NCBI RefSeq assembly: GCF_009914755.1
Contig: NC_060928.1
Reading direction: 5' to 3' (one strand)
DNA length: 64,000 bases
DNA from: the human T2T-CHM13v2.0 reference genome, Homo sapiens
This document shows positions 56,208 to 64,000 of the stretch, one piece after another (within the stretch, counting starts at the first letter, position 1; the number at the start of each line of letters is the position of its first letter). Under the pieces are notes generated by a model, which had not been told where the DNA came from, did not search any database, and saw only the letters and a list, made by a program, of their open reading frames with translations. Position numbers and translations under genes: made by a program.

Positions 56208-58679
56208 TTACTCCCAAGTTTCGGGTCAGAAATAAGTAGAATTTTAGTGCTGGAGAGATTCTTAGAGAATTTGATTTCTTAATAAAAATTTGGCTAACTA
56301 GATATTTTACATGTAAATCTTTTAGAGAATTTATTCAGCAACAAAAATCAGTTATGTGTATATTGACAGTTTCTAATCTAATTTTCATAAATATAACTAA
56401 AATTATGAAAATGTACTTAAAAAAAAAAGCTAGATTATACTCCTGTCTCCTAGAAGGGACAGTGCAGGTAAACCAGACCAGTGCCTTGTATCAATAATTA
56501 TGTTTCATACCAAGTAATAATGTTTACCTTTTTGTTATGCCAGTACAATTTATGGCCTAAAAGTTACATGTTGTTTCTGTTTACATCAAGATATTTGATG
56601 ACAGACTTAGTCAGAGGTATGTTTTGTTATGAAAAAGACAATGATAAGCCAGTTGTAAAACGAGTGCCTTTTGGAAATCTTGATTCCGGAACTTTTTTTT
56701 TTGTATTAGAGTACAAAAAAGAATATTTGTCATAGGATTTTATAAAAGTATAGTATATTCTATCTAAGTAGAAAGTTGAAGAAAATAGAATGCTAATGTT
56801 GGAGAAGGTGAGCAAAATTATATTTTTATGAATGTTTAGGATATTTTGGGAATTTCTAAGAGTTCAGCCTCTTTAATTCTATAGTTTGGGGCTTAACGCA
56901 TTTTTTTTTAAATATGTGTGTTTTTTTAGAGGCTAGTAGAGGCCTGACATTTTGAGTTTAACAACTTTATAAGGTTTATTCTTAAATTCTGTATCAGACT
57001 TAATGTCTTTGAATTGTGTATTTAATAATTTGATGTCCTTTTGCTACTGCATTTATAAACCAGAATTCAGTCTTTGATGATTGCATTATATTACTAAGTG
57101 ATTTGGGTAAAGACAGAGGGGAAAAAGAGAAAGAGGGAAGATGGAGGAGGGTAGAGGGAGGTTGAAGTGGTATATGTGTGTCGGTTGTTGTATTTATGTT
57201 TTATCTTTGCTTGTTAGACAATTAGAATTGAAGTTAAACACTAGGAAATAGATGATAAGTTTATCTCTATACTCCCAGGAAAATTTAACATTAGAATTAA
57301 GGCATTTAGCTAAACTAAGCCAAGATTGGAAAACTACTGTGCTCTATGCCTGTGTTTAGAAATAAAGTTTTATTGGAACACAGCCACATTCATTTTTTTT
57401 CTCTTGTGAGTGCTTTCACACTGCAATGGGAGAGTTGAATAGTGCTATATAGACGGTATGGCTGACAAGCTGAAAATGTGTACCATCTGGCCCTTTATTA
57501 CTAATTATAATATGGCTTATAGAAAGGTATTAGTAATTGTTAGAACTAAGAAATACTCATATGATAGATCTCTCTTATCTGAAGCAATAATAATATTGAG
57601 CCTCATAGGAAAAGATTATATCAATCATCTGACACTGTAGGTGCTCCAACCCATTTTCTCACTCTGATTCTCCATACCTCCTTTTATGCTACTCAGCTGT
57701 TTTTTTCTGAGTGCTTATTAGTGTAGTGTAGTGAATATTATTACCACATAGTTTACTTATACACAGTATTTATTATTGTCTGTCTCCCATTGCTCTAATG
57801 CAAGGGAAGCATTTTTGTCTATTTTGAGCAAGGATTTTTGTCGTATTTACTGGTATATTCAGGTACCTGGAACACATAGTAGCAGTTAGTATGAAATAAA
57901 CCTGCCTTCTTATTAACTATATTAATCAATTTAGAAAGCATCAGCTTTTCACTTGCTGGCTATATTTTGCTAATTCAAAATGCAAATAATTTGCTGAGCT
58001 AAATTGTATATCTTTTAATTTGTTTTCTCTGTTCTTCATTGAGAAAGTTAGTATTTTCTGTTTTTAACTTCTCACTTTAGCTACATGTAGTTTTTTCTTG
58101 GGGGTGATATGTGTTTAGTAGAAGGTAGTTCAGTAATATATTTACTGAATAGCAAAACGAACACTAAGATTAAAGCTCATGTTAACTACTCTGATGGCCT
58201 TGAGGAAGTAATGCTGAGAGTTTAATCACCATTAAGTAATTAAGAATAATTTCTCATAAAAGTTCTCTTCCTTCCAGTTATATTCATGACTGTGTTTTGG
58301 TGATAGTTGATTGCCCTGCTTACATAGTTGCAAAATTGGTAAGGAGAACAGTATTCTGCAGCCAAGTTTCCATGAGTTGATATTTCACATTCACATTTGT
58401 GACCTAAACCTGTATTCTGGCAGACAGTGAGAAAAGCCAAATGTTCTCGTAAGCAGCAAGGATTTTCTTCATGGAAAACAAAGAAGTAAAAATGTAATCC
58501 AAGCAAAACTATCATGTATATACTGAATTTTATAGGTATATCTACAGAAAATTAATATTTGCTTTTATGCATTTTATTACAAGTTTATTTTGTTAGGTAT
58601 TATATTTGAAGTAAAAAATAAAATACAAAATTGAATACATAAAGGGAAATCAGAAAAACCCAGAAATATTACTCTAAGA

Positions 58680-58930
58680 TAATAACAATTATTACCACTT
58701 TTATTTGAGCACATGCACTATACCAGGCACAGCACACCGTGCTTTATGTATATAATCTGTAACTCTCCTGACAACCCTGCAAAGTAGTACCTCTGTTTAC
58801 ATTTTGAAGATGAGAAAATTACTGCTCAAAGAGATTAAATAGCTTGCCATGATTCAGGAACTAGTAAGTAATGAAGGCAGTATTGTAAGGCAGGACTTTC
58901 TGTCTCCCCAGATACCTTATTCTTTATCCC
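58680..58930 (-). mobile_element. MIR
   Basis: cattttgaagatgagaaaattactgctcaaagagattaa. Confidence 0.7.
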
Positions 58931-59665
58931 GTAGCATGTCATTTTTCTCCAGTATTGTCATGATGTGTCATCAGATGACTATACTTTTTATCCATACTTT
59001 ATTTAAAAATTTTATGTGTTAGAAAACTTATACTCTAGACATTTAAAATTTAAATTTTCATAACATAGTATGCTTCTGAATAACCTGAGAAGAATGTTAC
59101 ACAAAAGGAGATGGCTTGCTGATTCCGTGGAGTAATAAATGCCTACCTGTTTTCATTTTGAAGTTGAAGCCATTGCTTCTAATTTTAAGCCAACCTGTAT
59201 TTTTTTTTCATTTTACCTTTCACATCTTCATAACATGTATTTGGCCTTATATAGCTGTGAAAATTGATTGTACAAATTGGTTTGAGCATATGAGACCTAT
59301 GAACACTTGTATTCTGACTTAGCATAGAGTTTTATATTTTCTGAGTAGCATAGACCCATATATTTTTGGACACCCCTCGTATTTTACATTTAATAGAATG
59401 ATGAACATGATTCATTAAGCCTTTCTTTGATGAAAGACAGAAACCACAGAGCAATGAAGATATTGGCATTTCTGATAAAGTTTGTATATTAAAGTCTTAT
59501 GGTAGCCTATGAAAAAGAGCTTGTTTGGAAAAATTGAGAGATTCAAGTTTTGTATTATACTTAAGTTTTGTCACTTCATCAAATGCCTCCCTTTCTATGT
59601 CTTATCATGAATTTATTTTTTTCCCTTTAATAGTAGATCAAATATAGATAGCCAGGAAAGAGTAA

Positions 59666-60055
<390 letters not shown>

Positions 60056-61720
60056 TATACTTACTATTTTAGAAGAACTTTATGAACACTATTAATAATA
60101 AAATTGCTTTAAATTATTATCTATTGAGTGAATGAATGGCTGGCTGACTGAATGAATGCATACATTCAGAACTCTGGACTCCAAAATCTTTTAGAGTCTC
60201 CCTTTGAGTGGAAACTACTCTTCCTTGATTTTGGAAATGTTAAATTAAAAGATAGCTTAATATTGGTGTTGCTCCTTTCTATAATTGTCAAAAAGAAGTT
60301 ATAGTGTCCTCATAAAGACAAATAAGGAGATAAAGAAAAACAAAAATAATTGAGTTAAATTGTTAATTTTTGTTTGTTTTATGTGATCCTCAGATTCTTG
60401 GGATTAAAATTCAAGCAGGGATGCAGTCTTCTTTTGAGTTACATGTTAGAGTCTGTGACATTAGCATTCTCTATCTCAAGCAGAAATGCTACCAAAATGG
60501 TTCTTGATTTAAGGATGTGATTTCTTTTATAGTCAGTATTTTTAACATATCACATTTGAGTCTTTTAAAACTTAACTGCTTCCTTCTTTCACATATCAGT
60601 TTCTCTTCCATCAGAGAGAATAGTGATATGGAATCATTTTGTCTGAATGGTTGGCTAAAAGTACATACCGTAGAAGGTAGAAACTTAAATACAGGATAAT
60701 GAATTTTTTTTATATCTGATTCCCATTAGCATTGACATTTTTTTTTTCTGTTTCCAGACCATAAAAGCTTCTTCCAAAAGTATCCACAGGCACAGAAGCT
60801 CTGTTTAGATTTTTCCTATGTGCTTTCTTTTCTTGATATTTTGATTTTTTTCCAAAATGAGTTTGCTGTTTACTTTTGATGAAGTAAATATCTATATAAA
60901 ATCTGAAGATTTTTATTTCTTGGATTTGGAGGGCAATTTGAACATTAGATTTTAAAGGCTTATACTTAAGATGACCATTAGTAGTTAAATCTGGTTTATA
61001 ACTAATCTAGTGTAATTTAATTAATAGAGGTTAGTGTGGAGTCATTCATATATTTATATTTCCTGTTTCATATGTTTATAAATATTTGATGAGTATCATT
61101 GGCTTTTTTTCTCCAATGTGTTTGGATTCAAGGAATTAAGGGTCTGTATAAATACTTATTTTTCTGTGTGTGCATTTTCTTGTGTTTATTTTCATTGGTT
61201 TTGAGTTTGACTTAATATACACATGTGCATTTAAAAAGATGATCTTTCCAAAAGCTTTGCTTGGGATCTTTGCTAGGAGGATGAGTTAATGGATGGAGAG
61301 GGCTGCTTGCTTTACTGTTTATTTTCCCAGACAAATCCATGGAGACAGGCTGCTAATAGGATAGGAGAAAAACAACAAAAACAAATACAGCTTTTTGGCC
61401 TGGAACTGAATTGTATTATCTGTACTGTCAGTTAGAGCCTTTGCTCACTTACCCAGACGATCTCTACAGGGATTAAAGCTTCCTCCTGCATTTGCGATAA
61501 CTTTCAGTATGCTGCAGCGTCATATCCAGTTAATATTAAAAAAAAAAATCTGGCTGTAAATAGTTACAAAATCCTCACCAAATCAACCTTTAGCAAGAGT
61601 GATTGTGCTGATTAATCAAACAAGATTGTCAGTAATTAAAGGAATACAGATGACTTGGATTTTATTTTCAGTTTTCATATGTAAATTCTTGCAGCCCTTC
61701 CCCAAGGTTGGGCCTGATTT

Positions 61721-63833
61721 TGTTATGGGATCTTTGGGCTGTTGCTTTTCTGACCAGCAACCTCTGTGGCCAGTGGCGCCTTTGCCTGAGTTCTTGTCCT
61801 GCATCTAGGAAGAATGAGGTACATAGACAAGTGGAGGGTGAGCAAGACAAAGAGGAGCTTTATTGAGTTAGAAAAGCTCAGAAGAGGCCTGCAGTGAGTA
61901 GCTCCTTTCTGTAGGCAGGTCATCTCGTTGAGTGTTGAGCTCTCAGCAGAGAGGAGGCCTGGAGTGGGTGGCTCCTCTCTGCAGGCAGGTTGTCCTGACG
62001 AATGTTCAGCTCTTAGCAGAGAGGGTAGCTCCTCTCTGCTGCTGGTCATCCTGTTGTCTGCAGCTCTCAGCAGAGAGGAGGCCCTGAAGAGGGTAGACTC
62101 CTCTCTGATGTTGATCATCCTGACCTCAGCAGCTCTCAGCAGAGAGGGTAGCTCCTCTCTGCAGCCGGTCCCTCCACTGGCTCTGCTCTGCTCTGGCTGA
62201 GTCCAGGGCTTTTATGAGCCTCAGAGGGGAGGAAGTGCATGCCGATTGGTCCATGGGCCTGCGGTAAAGGCACCACAAGTCCCCACTCTGGTCCGCAGGG
62301 CTGGCAGCCTGGCCCCCAGCCTTCAGGCCTGCCCTGTTCTGAAGATGAGGCCTCACCAGGGACCTGCCCTGCCCCTTCCCACCCAGGAACCTGTCTGCAT
62401 CCTGCTGCTGCCCATCACACCCAGGCTGCTCACACCCGTGCCAAGGAGCACCCACAGGCCAGCCCAGAGCCTCATTCAGCTCCATCTTGGCCTCCCTCTC
62501 CTACTTGGCATCCATAGTCCAGAAGGGCCAAGGTGGCAGGAGGCTGGTGTGTCAGTGCTGCCTGGAGCAGCACACACCTGGCTGGGCCACAACAACGCTG
62601 GGACCAGGAAGAGGCCAGGCAATGGGAGCAGATACCCCTGAGTCTGCTGATGATGGGGGACCCACCTGGGTACTCGAGAGCACCAGGAGACCCAGGCCCA
62701 CAGCCACAACCCAGGCAGCTGCAGCTGTGCCTGGGGAGCTCTCACCCTACCAACTCATAAGGGGCAGAGCTCCCGCCAGTCCCTGGCTCTGCAGAGTGTG
62801 CAGCATTGACTGTGCTGCCTTCTCTGCATCTCCCACAGTGGTGGCAGGTGAGGTGCAGGTGGCATAGTGGCCCTGGCCAACCCAGCACAAACAAACCCGA
62901 TGCTCCCAGGGCTAGTCCTGTGAGTCCCAGTGGCAGCACCTTTGGCCAGGTGCTTGTGGGCTTTCAAGACATGGTGGGGCGCGAGGTTGAGGCTGCAATG
63001 GCGGCTCCGAACTTAGTAGCAGGTCCTGCTACCTGTGCGAGGGTGGAGGTGGCACAGTCCACCTTGAGGACACGGGACACAGGAGACTGTTGCCACTGCT
63101 GCTCTCACAGTTGCTTCTGCTATCCTGTCTGCCTCCTTGCAGCCTGGAGCAGGGCTCCAGGCCATCGCTGGGCTGGGCTGCCGTCCAAGGCAAGGATGAC
63201 ATTGCCGCAAGTTCCCCCTGTGGACCCGGCTCTCGGTGGCAGCCTGGGGCTCCTCCTCGCACAGCTTGAGACCCTGCCGGGGGGCACCTCTGGGGCGGAT
63301 CGCGGGCCCCAAACCCAGTTGTCGGGAGCGCCAGGCTGAACAGTCACTCCGACGTGGGGTGGATCCTGGGGTTGCAGCGTCGGTGGCCCGGGCTGAGCCT
63401 CCAGCTGAGGTGCAGGAACTTGGAGCCGCCAGCAGGGTGGGTGCGGCGACAGAGTCGCTTGCCAGGTCTGGGAAGCGGGCGCCACTCCCGCTTTCCACCC
63501 CACACCCCTGAAGTACGGCCCCACTGTGCGTTCAGGCCCACCTCCCTTCACTCTGTGCGCAACTGCAGCACCCCTGGGTCCAACTCTGCCTTGAGACCCC
63601 TCCATGCCAGACCGTGCTCTTCCCCCGCCTGCAGGTAGGTCGGCCCGGCCCCACCTGAGTGGATCCCAGGGTTGGGCTTCCAGGGCAGCAGGCCCCAGGT
63701 ACCGTTCGCCTTGGAGTCCACCTGAGGATCCACAGCCTGCACCCCCACCTGCACCCACACCCGTGCCCCACCACAGCCGGTCCCGGCTGCCAAAGTGGCA
63801 GTGACTACTTTGGATGGCCCGCTGCTGCCATCA
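61721..63833 (-). mobile_element. Complete 2.1-kb MER52 (MER52D-like) solo LTR
   Basis: TG..CA termini, perfect 4-bp TSD ATTT (61717-61720, 63834-63837), internal cagctctcagcagagagg repeats. Confidence 0.85.
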
Positions 63834-63949
63834 ATTTGAATGGTTTATATTTTGCCGTCCTTGTTGAGAAGAAAAACATGGATGTATAGATATACAGTGA
63901 TGGATGGACTAGCAGCTTAAGAATCATTTTGGGGACATTTTTAAAAAAA

Positions 63950-64000
63950 TTTTTTGAGACAGAGTCTTGTTCCATCTCCCAGGCTGGAGTTCAGTGGGGC
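63950..64000 (-). mobile_element. Alu 3' end, cut by the window edge
   Basis: tttttgagacagagtcttg..ccaggctggagt. Confidence 0.8.

Noticed and set aside
61930-62165. CRISPR-like repeat-spacer array (cagctctcagcagagagg units); likewise 1385-1905 and 10576-10630
   Set aside because: The units are degenerate, the spacers are mutually similar, they lie inside eukaryotic TEs, and there are no cas genes.

Overview
Primate (very likely human) genomic DNA from inside a large protein-coding gene on the + strand. Three short GT-AG exons (4393-4446, 5215-5294, 38603-38729) splice in frame into part of an AAA+ ATPase D2 domain (pore loop KYVGESE, Walker B IIFFDE, SRH AATNRPD). I recognise this sequence as AFG2A/SPATA5. 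The rest is intron (768 bp, ~33.3 kb, and >25 kb running off the window), filled with transposable-element relics: Alus, L1s (including a near full-length ancient L1MC and an intact old L1 5' end), L2/L3/MIR, MaLR/ERVL/ERV1 LTRs, a two-LTR THE1 provirus, a full-length Tigger1, Tigger3a and MER58. Nearly all ORFs in the track are repeat-derived or chance. I found no CRISPR array, RNA gene or new protein-coding system. The most unusual structure is a ~180-bp copy of upstream intron sequence inside a Tigger3a, bracketed by 22-bp inverted repeats and followed by tandem fold-back copies, which looks like a fossil templated-insertion repair scar. Also notable are a THE1 provirus with discordant LTRs, a tailless Alu fragment with a direct-repeat flank, candidate NMD-coupled and recursive splice motifs, and a CpG-rich MER52 LTR. 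Repeat subfamily names come from recalled consensus sequences and need RepeatMasker/Dfam confirmation.
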